DNA from: Eledone cirrhosa
Taxonomy: Eukaryota
DNA length: 64,000 nt
Reading direction: 5' to 3'
Assembly: GCA_964016885.1 (NCBI GenBank)
Contig: OZ024741.1
Span: forward strand, 361,956,001-362,020,000
Numbering within the stretch: the stretch's first letter is position 1; each line of letters opens with the position of its first letter. Position numbers and translations under genes: made by a program. Of the stretch, positions 1 to 13,677 are shown piece by piece. Below the pieces are notes generated by a model that saw nothing but the letters and a program-made list of their open reading frames with translations, was not told where the DNA came from and did not search any database.

Positions 1-7
1 AAATAAA

Positions 8-111
8 GTGTCTTGTTCAAGGAACGAGAATTGCTCACCCGGTCTGAGAATTGAACTCACAACTTTTCGATTGCAAGCCCAATGGTCTAACCACTAAGCC
101 ATGCGCCTTCA
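8..111 (-). mobile_element. tRNA-derived SINE 5' fragment
   Basis: Reverse strand reads GGCTTAGTGGTTAGACC...GAGTTCAATTC (A/B-box-like), then a CCTTGAACAAGACAC core-like motif. Confidence 0.6.
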
Positions 112-216
112 CAAATACATACATATGTATGTATGTATGTGAGGTTGCACTTCTACGCTACTGGTAATATGTAACTCAGTACAACCTGTACATGGTCAAG
201 TCGTCAGTGACTAAAC

Positions 217-760
217 TAACTAATCTAAACTGGTAACTCCCAATCTCTCTCTCTATATTTATGTGTGTGTGGTGTAAAAACATCAAAATATACTGCAGCT
301 TGTCAACAAACTAAATATACATACATGACTATAAAGTGAATTTCTCAACCCCTCAGCCATTGCCTTATCTACATAGCAGATAAATGTTAATGAAAATTAG
401 TTTGATAGAAAACAAAAACAAAACAAAGCAAAATATGTCCATTTGTTGCACCTAGTGTGCTGCAAAGGGGTGTTGCACAGACAGAAAATAAAGAATGCGT
501 TTGAGGAAATCCAAACATTTCCTTATGTGAGTACAGCTGTGTCTGTGCTTAGAATCACTTTTATATCACAAAAATGGATGAAATATTAGTTGTTTGCTTT
601 TAGCACTGTTCTTTCATAGAATGTCACAATGTTATATTCTGTCACTTCATGAAATGACACAGCAATATCTTCTGTCACTTTAGCAGTGCTTTTCTTTCAT
701 GAAAGTTGGGTGAAGTTGGATCAACTGTGTCGATCAACTGAATAGGAGTAGATCAACTGT
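217..760. repeat. ~540-bp inverted duplicate of 15471-16014
   Basis: Reverse complement matches 15471-16014 base by base with only a handful of substitutions. Confidence 0.95.
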
Positions 761-772
761 CACCACATATTA

Positions 773-811
773 TGAACCTGAAGATTGCGAAAGCATGAAA
801 GTACTTGTTCA
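773..811 (+). ncRNA. Minimal type-I hammerhead ribozyme (Penelope pLTR type)
   Basis: TGAAC|CTGAAGA|TTGC-GAAA-GCAT|GAAA|GTAC|TT|GTTCA: stem I TGAAC/GTTCA, intact core, stem II with GAAA tetraloop, palindromic stem III loop. Confidence 0.8.
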
Positions 812-962
812 ATTAACACTTAGAATTTAATATTCTATCATACTATTTCATTATAATACCATTATAAATTTTAAAGGATTGTAAATAAAACGAGTAAATC
901 AGACAAAGTTGGAGTTCCTCTTATTAATATAATCTTCTATACACAATCATACACACCCGTGT

Positions 963-1612
<650 letters not shown>

Positions 1613-1695
1613 ATATATATGTATATGTATATATATGAGATGTATATATATGAGAGTATTGAAGTTTGCTTGAAGCATTGTGGAATAATAAGTAA

Positions 1696-2370
1696 ATATC
1701 TTTAAGTCGTTTGGAAGCCTCGACAATGCAAATGGGTAAATCTCTGGTGGTGGAGAGAGAGATGTAAGTGGATGTACGTTGAGATGCGTGGTGTGTATAA
1801 GATGTGTAAGATGTGTAGAAGAATGAAGGGAAGAGTATAAAGGATAAAATAAAAATAACAACACAAGAGAGAGTTACCTTGGGAGAGATTTAATAGTCCC
1901 TATATATTTCGGATTCACATCCATCAACTGGGGTTTTTTTCCGGGGTGGGGGAAAGGTTGTCTGTCGGACAGGTGCGAAACGCGAAATGGGGTCGGTCCG
2001 ACCCCATTTCACGCGCACGCGCGCTCTGCCGAATACCTCAGATATTCAAAACAACAAACAGCGGAGGACGCGTTTCGCACCTGTCCGACAGACAACCTTT
2101 CCCCCATCCCGGAAAAAACCCCAGTTGATGGATGTGAATCCGAAATATATAGGGACTATTAAATCTCTCCCAAGGTAACTCTCTCTTGTGTTGTTATTTT
2201 TATTTTATCCTTTATACTCTTCCCTTCATTCTTCTACACATCTTACACATCTTATACACACCACGCATCTCAACGTACACCCACTTACATCTCTCTCTCC
2301 ACCACCGGATCTTGTTACCCGGAGATTTACCCATTTGCATTGTCGAGGCTTCCAAACGACTTAAAGATAT
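1696..2370. mobile_element. Fold-back (inverted) Penelope pLTR pair
   Basis: Arms 1696-1996 and 1998-2370 are reverse complements with a 1-nt tip at 1997 and two deletions in the left arm. The right arm is homologous to the pLTR at 30575-30880, downstream of a GIY-YIG ORF. Confidence 0.9.
2119..2154 (+). ncRNA. Hammerhead-like motif with atypical CAGUUGA core (mirror copy 1898-1933, minus strand)
   Basis: CCC|CAGTTGA|T-GGAT-GTGA-ATCC|GAAA|TATA|TA|GGG. Confidence 0.55.
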
Positions 2371-3109
2371 ATACATATATATATATTGCCAAATATATTA
2401 TGCATACATTCATGTATACATCGCTATTTCAGAGCCCCAATCCTAATACTTAATATATATATTTGTATACATAAATACATATATATATCTACTAAATAAA
2501 TTGGAAGTGGTCGGACGTTGTATATTTAAGTAAGTAGCTGTAGTCGGATAAACGTCGAAATGGCTTGGTGGAATGCAGCAAAAATTTACACAATTATGCA
2601 AAATGACCCGAGGAGGCATTGGGTCGACTTTCAAGCTACAAGCTTCCATGGTTACGGAGAAAATCGAGGAAACAGGAATTTCCCATTCAAATTGAACTGA
2701 GAGTAATCTGTGAATGCAGAAGTAAATATTTCGAGAAACTTTGCAACCGAACGAAAACAGGAAGACGATATTTTGGTTCGTGAAGACGTTCCCTGGCAAT
2801 GAACGGGAAAAAAGCGAGGATAATACGTCGTTAAGTGGAGCGTGAAGAACAATTTCATGCAAAGACAAGACCAAGTTTATGGTATAAATGGAGTCGTTAG
2901 ACTAATATTCTATTTAAAATAACAGAATGATTTCCAGCCCCGGAGTTTAAGAATGATGTAAATAAAATTGAAAACGAAAATGACAGAGGTTATTAAAATA
3001 GTAAAAGTAAATAGTGAAGATTTAGGCCAGTACATACGTATTCCCCGACGGACATACACATACATACACACCCATAAACACACACACACGCACGCGTATG
3101 TATAAACGT

Positions 3110-3552
3110 TATGCATTTCTACAGTATTTCCACCAAACTTAAGACATAGGTTACTTATGTACTCCGGATGGTCATGGGCTCTTTCATTTTTCCAGATATT
3201 GATTATAGGGCCTCCCGGCAGATAACCTCCTTTAACCACTTTCTTGGAGTCGACAGAAGCACTGCATTGCAATGTAACAAAACGTCATAACTTCTGGAGT
3301 TTGCAACCGATTTTCACAAAACTTGACACATGGGCTACGTTTGTCCTACAGATGAATGTGGACTCTCAGAATTGGCACATATTGAATAGGGGACACCTGG
3401 GGGCAGGAACCTCCTTTTGGAAAAAGCCGATGATTTTGTAAAAGTATAGTTTTCGAAGCAACACTGAAGTATTGACATAAATGGTATACACAACTGCTAT
3501 TTAATACCCGAGCAACGCCGGGTACCTATATATATATATATACTCTGTTAGT
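3110..3552 (+). mobile_element. Non-autonomous Helitron-like element, 3' end
   Basis: Subterminal hairpin TACCCGAGCAACGCCGGGTA (3505-3524), then a TA run and a CTGTTAG|T terminus (CTRR-like). An internal TTC(C)AC(C/A)AAACTT..GACA block occurs twice. The 5' boundary is uncertain. Confidence 0.6.
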
Positions 3553-4083
3553 ATATATATATATATGTACATATAGATACACACATATGTGTGCGTGTGT
3601 GTGTGTGTGCATGTATGTGTGTTTATTTAGGCAGCAGGTACCTATAAATCCAACTGTTTCAGTTATAAACTCTCAAGTTAAATTTCTATGAATATGATTT
3701 GACAAAAGCCAGATAAGACACTTTAATTTCATTATATCTCAATTATAAAACCTATTGGTCTTCATTAACATTATCAACCTCTCTAATAGACCATGCCATT
3801 TGTATAAATCTGACAAGCAAAAATGTTTGAACAATTACATTGTGGAAGATTCATTTTAGTCATTTAAAAACACACAAAAATTGTTAACCTCTTTACATTT
3901 ATAATTTAGTTTTTGGTATCAAAATGTCCATCACAGTTTCTGACCTGATCCCTTACACAGTTCCAATGCAAAGTGAAATGAACAGTTTTTTTGTGTTTTT
4001 AAATGTTTAAATTGACTTTTCCATGTTGAAAGTACTTTAGTTTCAACACACGGTCTTCACTTCCCTAACAAAAAATGTTTGAG

Positions 4084-4290
4084 TTAACCCTTTAGCATTT
4101 ACATTACTCTGTATATACTATTGTATTTTTGTGGTAAATGCTTTATCTCACATAATATTGAATCCATGATATTTTAATATTATTTATTTTGTGAACAACG
4201 CCGTAACATCAGTATGAGTGGCCAGTTACAACCGGTTTGAAAAAAAAAAATGAGATAATTTTGGCCAGATATGGCCGTAAAGTGGTTGAA
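4084..4290 (+). mobile_element. piggyBac-type MITE
   Basis: TTAA-CCCTTTAGCATTT start; same family as 31674-31908. Confidence 0.75.
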
Positions 4291-4569
4291 GACATGCATA
4301 TAGGAACAATAAATTCAGAATTAATTTTTCAGGAGAATGATTTAACAGAATCAAAATATTGTAGGCAGTTAATCGGCAAAGTTGTTAGTAAAGCAAAGGA
4401 ACAAATCCCGTAAGGTATTTGTTTCGGTTCTTTCTGCTCTGAGTTCAAATCTTGCCAAAGTCAATTTTGCCTTTTGTCCATCCTTTTCTCTATCAATGAC
4501 ATTAAGAACCAATCCTGGGTGGTGGATTGGTGGCATTGCTAGAGTAGTGGATAAGATACTGTGTTTCTC

Positions 4570-7500
4570 TGGGTGGCAGACTAAATCCATAGCCCAGTTT
4601 ATCATCAACATCCGACACATGGATGCCTTTAATGGAATCCACTCTTTTGCAAGCATTCAGACCACGTTCCCGGTTTGAAGATACCTTTTCCTTCCCTACC
4701 ATAAGTCTTAGAGGCCCTAAAAAGTGTCATATGCACTGTCTTTCTTTGCCTAACTAAAAAGTTATATAAACAAAACCAACTGCGTAAAAAGCAATAACAC
4801 AAACCATATTAGGGCTGCGCACGATAGTGGGGTGGCTAGTGAGACCATGTGGGAGAACCCCACGACTGTCACCAAGCAATCGCACAACAGGAAAAAGAAT
4901 GAGACGTCGCATCTCAGAGTTGCCACACTTAATGTTGGCACTCTCACAGGTAGATCTGGTGAGATAGCGGAGATGCTGGAGATAGTGGATGTGTGCTGTG
5001 TGCAAGAGGTGAGATGGAGAGGTGCCTCTACAAGACTAATCGCAGGCATTTATAAGCTTTTATAAGCTTTTCTGGGTGGGTAATGATGATGGGTTAGGTG
5101 GGCATATTACTGGCTGAGAGATGGATCAATAAGACAATAGAGGTAGTTAGAGTTAGTAATAGAATAATTAAGCTTAGATTAGTTGTAGGCAAGAGACTAC
5201 TGACAATCATCTCTGCCTATGCTCCCCAGGCAGGCCTAGGTAAAGAAGAGAAAGACTGCTTTTACGAGCAACTTTTACAAACAGCCTCAATGACAGAGGA
5301 CATTATGCTAGCAGGGGACTTCAATGGAAATGTTGGACAGCTCCAGGATGGATACACTGGTGGGCAGAGTTACGGCTCAAGAAATGAAGAAGGAGTGAGG
5401 CTTCTTGAATTTTGTGATGTAAATGCACTAACCATTTGCAACACTAACTTCCAGAAGCCTACCAACCACCTAATAACCTACAAATCAGATGAGCACATAA
5501 GCCAGATTGACTTCCTGCTAGTTAGACAGCGAGACAGACAGATGGTGTCAAATACTAAGGCATACCCCAGGGAAGAATGTACCCCACAGCATAGGTTAGT
5601 CGTTAGTGACATCTCAGTAAGCAAGAGAAAGAACGAGACATACAGGAAGGTGTGGAGAAGAAAGGTCTGGAAACTAAAAGACCTTTCACTAAAATACAAA
5701 TTTAGGAAAGCCCTTCAAGATGTGTATGACGAAAAAGAAGACGATTTAGAGTTGTATGACATAGATGATAACTGGAATTTCTTGCGTGACAACTTACTGC
5801 AAGCTACTGAAGAAACTTGTGGTTTTGGCAGAGCTTCAACCAGACAGAGAGTGACCTGGTGGTGGAACAGCACGGTAGATAGGGCCATTAGAGACAAAAA
5901 ACTGGCATGGAAGGCTTGGAAAAATGGTGGGAGTAGAGAAGGATACACAACCGCTAAGAGAGAAGCTAGACGTCAGGTGTACTTAGCACGCAGGGAGGCT
6001 GAGAGTAGGAGGTTTGCCAATGTTTTGTGATGGGAAGATCAGAGACGTGCAGTTTTCCGCATTGCAAGGCAGTGTGTCAGTGCAAATCAGGATGTTATTG
6101 GAGATAAGTGTGTCCGGAATGATGCCGGTGTACTTAGTGTCATGAATGATCAGAAAAAGGAGGCCTGGAAATGACATTATGAGAGACTGATGAATGTGCA
6201 GAACGAATGGGAGAGAGAAATTACCCCCAGTAGACCCGACAGAGGGACCAGCTATTGACATTGACGAATATAGGGTACAAGAGGCAATTAAGGAAATGAA
6301 GAATGGTAAGGCTGCTGGACCGTTGGGGATAGTTGCTGAGATACTGAAGGCATCAGGAGAAGTAGGCACTAAACTAGTTGCACCCATCATTAATCAAGCT
6401 ATATATGGTGGTGTCATACCCAAAGACTGGTGCAGCAGTATTCTCATAAATTGCTACAAAGGTAATGGGGATGCTCTAGAGAGGAGCAATTATATGGGCA
6501 TAAAGCTGATGGATCAGGTTATGAAAGTGGCAGAGATAATATTAGCGCAACTGATTAGAGAAAGGGTCAAATTAGATGAGATGCAGTTTGGTTCTGTGCC
6601 TCAGAAAAGTACAACAGATGCCCTCTTCTTAGTGAGGCAACTACAAGAGAGGTTCTTAGAGAAGAATAAGCCACTATACTTAGCTTTTGTTGACCTAGAG
6701 AAGGCCTTTGATAGGGTACCCTGATCTGTCATCTGGTGGTCCCTAAGGAAACTAGGTGTAGAGGAATGGCTTGTGAGGACAGTATGGTGCTGTTAGTAAA
6801 GTGAGAATAGGAATGGAGTTTAGTGAGGAATACCAGATACAAGTAGGTGTACATCAGTGTTCGGTCCTCAGCCCGTTCTTGTTCATTATAGTCCTCCAAG
6901 CCATAACAGAGGAGTTTAAGACCGGATGCCCATGGGAACTTCTCTATGCTAATGATCTGGTTCTTATAGCAGAATCAGTAGAGGAGCTAGAGAATAAATT
7001 CTGGCAATGGAAACAGCAGTTGGAATCAAGAGGCCGGATAGTGAACATAGCTAAGACAAAAGTGTTGATAAGTAGGGAAATGACCATGTTCGATATGTAG
7101 GAAAGGAACTGGCATAAATTCCATAAAATGTACACAATGCAGATCTTGGGTACACAAGAGATGTGGGATAGCTGGCAAACTAAGAGGTAGGGAAAACTAC
7201 ATATGCAGTAGATGTACAGGGAAAGTTGGCAATAGTAATCACAGTGAGACACATTTTCCAATGCAGGTGGATTCTATAGAAGTGGTTGATAGCTTCCGGT
7301 ACCTAGGTGATCAGATTAGCATGGAAGGGGGGGGAGGTGCTCCGAGGCCATAGTATCTAGAATAAGGACGGGTTGGAAGAAATTTAGGGAGCTGCTTCCT
7401 CTGTTGACAAAGATGGGTTTCTACCTGCATACGAAAGGACGGTTATATGATGCCTGTGTGAGATGCGCGATGCTGCATGGTAGTGAGACATGGGCAGCAA

Positions 7501-7912
7501 CTGCAGAGGGTACGCGACGCTGGAGAGAAATGAAGCAAGTATGCACCGTTGGATGTACAATGTCAATGTGCGTGAATGACCAAGCATGGACGAGTTGAGA
7601 AAGAAACTGGGTATAAGAAGGATAAGTTGTGGTGTGCAGGAGAGAAGGCTGAGATGGTATGGACATGTGATGTGCATGGAGGATGACCGCTGGGTAAAGA
7701 AGTGCCAAGAAATCCCTGTAGAAGGAAGATGCAGTAGGGGTAGATCACGAAAAACATGGGTGGAGGTGGGGAGAGCAGACCTCAGATCGCTGAAACTCAC
7801 CGAGGAGATGACAAAGGACTGTGACAAGTGGAGAGATGCTGTGCTGAATAGGACCCGTCCAACCCTTGCAAGCAGGGAAAAGCGGACGTAAAATGATGAT
7901 GATGATGATGAT
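4570..7912 (+). mobile_element. Near full-length decayed RTE-clade LINE (APE endonuclease + RT)
   Basis: ATLNVGTL and CVQEVRWRG, AGDFNG, QIDFLL, QHRLV (APE); [13 protein letters not shown] and WELLYAND (RT); RRLRWYGHV; (GAT)n tail 7893-7912. Multiple stops and frameshifts. The 5' end is approximate. Confidence 0.95.
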
Positions 7913-7976
7913 ATATAACTATTAATATGTATTTTTTTATTTCTTTATATGTCAGTTTTAAAACCTCTATGTATAA

Positions 7977-8122
7977 CAATAATAATAATGTTTCTACTTT
8001 TGGCACAAGGTCAGCAATTACCCCAGTGCATTACTGGTACTTTATTTTATCGACCCCCGTAAGGATGAAAGGCAAAGTTAACCTCGGCAGGTTTTGAACT
8101 CAGAACATAAAGGGCCATAACT
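7977..8122 (-). mobile_element. Meta/MESC-core SINE
   Basis: Reverse complement of GCCTTTCATCCTTACGGGGGTCGATAAAATAAAGTACCAG core; same family as 14111-14300. Confidence 0.8.
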
Positions 8123-8126
8123 ATGA

Positions 8127-8310
8127 ATAATGTACAAATGTCAGGAAAATGAACAGTGTATGAGTCATGATATACACAGATACATGCATCTGTGTGTATG
8201 GAAGAGGAATATCAGGTGTAGTGTTGGTGAATTTCGGGAAGCATGGAAGTTTTGAAGGATGCAGTGTCCTGACAGCTAACAACTGATGCAAGTAGTTTGT
8301 TCCATGCTTA
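8127..8310 (-). mobile_element. CR1 3' fragment
   Basis: Reverse complement of 53845-54020. Confidence 0.85.
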
Positions 8311-9076
8311 AATTATCTATTTCTCTTCTACCACCTTTTTCTCTATCTTTCTGTCTCATTCTTTGTCTCTTTCTCATGTAAACATGTATTGCATTAATAC
8401 AAAACTGCAATGGCATAACACTACCACCACCCCCAATACTGCCACTTCCACCATCCCTTCCAACACTGCCAACCCCAGTTGTACCAGGACAACTAGCATA
8501 ACGACGACATCCACCACCATCACCACCAAAATTAAATTTCACAAAAAATAATATGATAATTTGTTAGTTATATAATAGAATTATTTAAATTAATGTTTAA
8601 GGTTCTCCAATTAAAAAATGTTAATCGTAATTTCTAAAGGAAACCAAATATTTTAGTTTTGATGTTTAACAAAAGAAATAGTTGCTTGTTTGGAGATTCA
8701 TATTATGTACATATTAAATGTGTGTATTTTTCTTCCTCAAACAATGTTTGTTCTTCAAAACATGTTGGTCCCTTGTGAAATATCACACTCAATGTATGCA
8801 TTTAGATATTTTCAACACTTTGATGTGGCTCTTATGCATATCAGTGCATTTATTTGTAACACATAAACAATAAAATAACTTAAGTATGGTGACATTGCAT
8901 CATCATCACTGTTTAACACCTATTTACCTTGTTTGTATGGGTTAGATAGTTTCTCATGTTCTGAGGCCAGATTAGTCAAGTTACGACGTTGTGTTCATGC
9001 ATTAAAAACCACAAGGTGTTTCATCAGGCATTGATAAACATAACATACATTAAACTATGCTGTGGTTTAACCACAG

Positions 9077-11385
9077 TTTAGCAGTATTAGTTGTAGATGT
9101 TATCGAGACACGAGTAAAACAACGACTTCAACCGCAGTAATTAGTGATGCAATGTTTGTTTATTTATATGGTTGAAGTTACAGATAAAAAGAGGTTACAT
9201 TAGGGAATGTGCCATTGCGCCGTTAAGCCGGCGAGGCTAGGGGTGCAATATCTCACTGCTACATTATGCGTGTTGCTGGCTCGAAGTTTCCGGTACAAGA
9301 GCGAGATTCTTCAAATCTTCGCGGTGAATTTCTTCCTCAGGGCGCGTAGGGATACATCCTCTTCTACTGGCGCTGATTGGCTGAACTGAGCCAAATCACG
9401 CACAGAGAATGTATGTGAGCCCGCGGAATGTAGGTCACTACATCACCTCCAACCAGATTTTCAGCCGAAAATCGATAACGAAGAAACCAAGGACTCACAT
9501 ATTAAATCAGCAAGAACAAATGCTGAAAGAGCACATCAGTGAAAAAAATAATTGAGCAGAAGGTTGCATGCAAGAACAAAAAATGAGGCGCTACGGGCCG
9601 TGTTGAGCCGCTGTGTCAAATGACCAGTTGTTTTGTTGTTTATACGTGACCGCCAAAGGTCTAACAAAAAACGGATAAAGTCTGACATGGGCGAAGTTGC
9701 TGTTCTTGCATTAAATGTTAATGGTAAGCGTTGTACCAGTAGCTGTGAACGAAGCTATTATGGTAGTTTACCAGTGCTGGCGAGAAAATGATGGCCCCCA
9801 GATGTATTGTCGAATGTGCTGCGGAGCCAGGAAAAAATGGCTGGTTGCTTTGTAAAGAACAAAAGGCAAGTTTAATTTGTAGGTGGGTTGCAGTGTAAAT
9901 TCCATAATTTGGGCGAATCCACAGAAGTGGCCGAAATGCTAACAAGTCCAGTTCAATTTGTTGCTTTCCCAGCGAGTCGGGCAAAAACAACAAGACGGAT
10001 GGCCGTCATGGACGATCAGTGTGCAACGAGATGCGAAGCTGTTTGAGTTCAGCGGCAATTAGTATTCTCGTGTTGCGGTGACTGTTTGAATCCAGTGGAT
10101 TAAGCTCTGTGAGCTGCCAGCATCTCAACCAGGTGAAAAGGGACTCGCAGAATATTACGTTTGAAGAACATATACCAAGAACAACATATTGGTGTGTGAT
10201 AAAAAAAATGTGTTCATATGCAGGCATGTAAAACAGCAAAGAATGTGAATGAACAAAAACCATGAGCAAGCAAATAGCAAAAGAGCACAAAACAAGTAAA
10301 TGCATTCTACAAAGAAATATGTGAATGTAACAAACTGATAATTCAAAGTCAATCTAGGGGAGCAGAGAAATTGCTCAATAAGTTCAAAGTTTTTCAAAGT
10401 CAAATAGTTCACACATCACCAGTGTACAGACACTAGTTCTATCTGAAAACTGAAAAAGAAGTTTGTTAATGCCGTTAGGGGTTAGATGTATGGTGTTTTT
10501 GTGAGATTTCGTGGCCATTTTCCCGTCCCGCCACACGGTTGTGTTGCTTATTGTTAAAGCAAAGTCAAAGAATCTTCTGTAGAGTAGGAGTCACCAAATA
10601 TGGCAGTCACGTCTGACGCCCTAATGGTGAGACAACTACTGTCTCAATTTCTCGCGTCCCTGTGGTAACGAGACAGAAGGTATGGTGGTTGCGTCGGTAA
10701 AGTTACAAACCGTTTTGAAATTTCCGATGTGTGGTGGTTGGCGTTGGTAAGGTTATGAAGCTGCCACTCGCTGTTCCCTGTATTGGTCAGTGGTTAAACA
10801 ACGCTGTCGCTGCTGCTGTCATTGTTGTTGTCAAGCGTAGCCATGACATGTCGGTAGCCATCTTGAAATTTTTTTGTGGCGAAAAAGTTTTTGAAATACT
10901 GCTAATTTTTCAAAAATCTTAAAAGGAATATTCTGGATTTTCGCAAGTTGCGACGTGGCAATAAAAGTTAAACTGAATGAATAAGAAGGGCTGCGTGATA
11001 TTCCTACGTCGGTCACCACTTTAGCAGTATTAGTTGTAGATGTTATCGAGACACGAGTAAAACAACGACTTCAACCGCAGTAATTAGAGATGCAATGTTT
11101 GTTTATTTATATGGTTGAAGTTACAGATAAAAAGAGGTTACATTAGGGAATGTGCCATTGCGCCGTTAAGCCGGCGAGGCTAGGGGTGCAATATCTCACT
11201 GCTATATTATGTGTGTTGCTGGCTCGAAGTTTCCGGTACAAGAGCGAGATTCTTCAAATCTTCGCGGTGAATTTCTTCCTCAGGGCGCGTAGGGATACAT
11301 CCTCTTCTACTGGCGCTGATTGGCTGAACTGAGCCAAATCACGCACAGAGAATGTATGTGAGCCCGCGGAATGTAGGTCACTACA
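9077..11385 (-). mobile_element. Non-autonomous LTR retroelement (Gypsy-like), 2309 bp
   Basis: 366-bp direct repeats at 9077-9442 and 11020-11385 (about 3 mismatches). ACAG TSD at 9073-9076 and 11386-11389. PBS-like TGGTGACCGACGTAGG lies 1 nt inside the 5' LTR and purine-rich GGTTGGAGGTGA precedes the 3' LTR. No intact internal ORF. Confidence 0.9.
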
Positions 11386-11483
11386 ACAGTGTCACTCTTT
11401 TTGCATAACGAGACTGAGAACAGCTCAATTAATTTCAACTGGTTGTTGTCTATTGTCTCATCAAGAGTGTTTGTTTTACACAG

Positions 11484-11559
<76 letters not shown>

Positions 11560-11614
11560 TGTGTCAGCTTAGAACTACTAAGATAAGAAATGAGTAACAT
11601 ATATCCATGGACAC

Positions 11615-11940
11615 AAATATTGTTGAGTGGTTAAGAAGTGTGCTTTGCAATCTTGGGTTCAAACCCTCTGTGTAGCATCTTAGGCAAGTTTCTTTACCAT
11701 ATCTTTGTGTCAATTCAAGCCTTTTGGGTGAAATTGGGTAGACAGAAACTGTGTAGAAGCTTGTTGGATGGATTGTACCTGTAATTCAAAGGTCTAGTCT
11801 TGTCATATATTGTGTCACTGATTCTGCTAGGGAATTACATTATGGGTACACATGTTTGTGAAATACTCAATCACTTACATGTTATATCATGTTTAGTTCA
11901 TTAAATAACTGAATACTCATTATTGGAACCAATAACCAAC
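11615..11940 (+). mobile_element. Decayed tRNA-derived SINE
   Basis: GAGTGGTTAAG...GGGTTCAAACCC head; body related to 38115-38240 and, inverted, to 51620-51870. Confidence 0.55.
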
Positions 11941-12049
11941 ATATTACCATGTCTATTCATGTTCCCTCTTTATCCTGCAGAATAAACACTAAAGTTTAAC
12001 CACCAAACAGTGAGAATTAACGTGTTTCTCAAACATGAACATATTTACA

Positions 12050-13677
12050 ATTTATCCAAACATAAACCCCTATACTTAGCTTTTGTTGACTTGGAGAAAG
12101 CATTTGACAGAGTCCCCCGCGCCATTATCTGGTGGGCCCTTAGAAAACAAGGGGTTGATGAATGGCTTGTGAGAGCTATACAAGCCATGTATAAAGAAAC
12201 AGTCAGTAAGGTTAGAATTAACAACGAATATAGTGAAGTATTTAGCATAAAAGTTGGTGTTCATCAGGGCTCTGTCCGTAGCCCCCTCCTATTTATTATT
12301 GCCCTTCAGGCTATAACAAAGGAGTTCAAGACCGGCTGCCCATGGGAACTTCTCTATGCAGATCATCTAACGCTCATAGTTGAATCGATGGATGAACTAG
12401 AGAAGAAATTCCAAACATGGAAGCATGACCTAGAATCAAAAGGCTGTAAAATTAACTTGTCTAAGACTAAAATTCTAGTATGTAGGAAGGAAAATAGGGC
12501 CCAGGTCCCCTCTGGGAAATGGCCATACTCTGTGTGTCAGAAAGGAGTAGGCAGAAATTCCATTTTATGTCCCAAATGCAAAGTATGGGTGCATAAAAGA
12601 TCTAGTGGATCACAGGTAAGCTATCTAAGAACGTAGATTTTATATGTGGCCGGTGCTCAGGTGCAATAAGTAGCAAGCATCCACAGGATACTAGCTCCTT
12701 CTATTGCCCAGATGGCTCTATAGAAATAGTGGACACCTTCCGTTACCTGGGTGACAAAATCAGCAGTGGTGGAGGGTGCTCAGAAAGTACAGTAGCCAGA
12801 GTCAGAACGGGATGGAAAAAGTTCAGAGAGCTTATACCACTATTGGCCACTAAAGGTTACTCTCTAAAAATGAAAGGCAAACTGTATGATGCCTGCATAC
12901 GAACAGCTATGTTACATGGCAGTGAGACCTGGGCTTGTGTGCAGAGGATATACGCAGACTGGAGAGGAACAAAGCTTGCATGCTCCGCTGGATGTGTAAT
13001 AGTAATATACGTGCATAGCAAAGCATAAAGGAACTAAGTGAGAAATTAGGTATAAGAGGGATCAGATGCTGTTTACTCGAGAGAAGACTACGTTGGTATG
13101 GTCACGTGATGAAAGACGACAGCTCTATAAAAAAGTGCAGGGCGATCAAAATTGACAGAAGTTACGGAGTAGGCAGACCCAGAAAAACCTGGGACGATTT
13201 GATAAATTCCGACCTTACACACTTACACCTCTCTAAGACAATGTCACTGGATCGAGATCTTTGGCACTACGCAGTAATACAGAAAACACGCCTTGCCTAA
13301 GTACAAAGCGAAACCTACAGTCAGTAGGCACCTCTTAACCAAAATACACCCCTACCCCCATCAACACCACCCCTTTCTCTGTAAAGTTATGTTGGTACCA
13401 CAACATCCAGTCCTAAATAAATGAGGTCGTGTAGGTGTCACGACAAAAAAAACACACAGTCCACGCTGTAATGTGGCTGTGTAGGTAACACGGTAAAAAC
13501 ATCCCAGTCCACACTGTAAATGGTAAATGTGGTTGGTGTTAGGAAGGGCATTCAGCCGTAGAAAACCTGCCAGACAGTCCCATACGAGTGAGACAACCAA
13601 TCTTGCCTCAAGTAGGACAATTCCCGTCTAAACCCATGCTAGCGTGGAAGATAGACATTAAACGATGATGATGATGA
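12050..13677 (+). mobile_element. 5'-truncated decayed RTE LINE
   Basis: RT motifs ([22 protein letters not shown]), frameshifts, shared 3'UTR and (GAT)n tail. Confidence 0.95.

Noticed and set aside
9207-11332. Duplicated 60-aa ORF as a small gene pair
   Set aside because: Both copies lie inside the two LTRs; no protein features.
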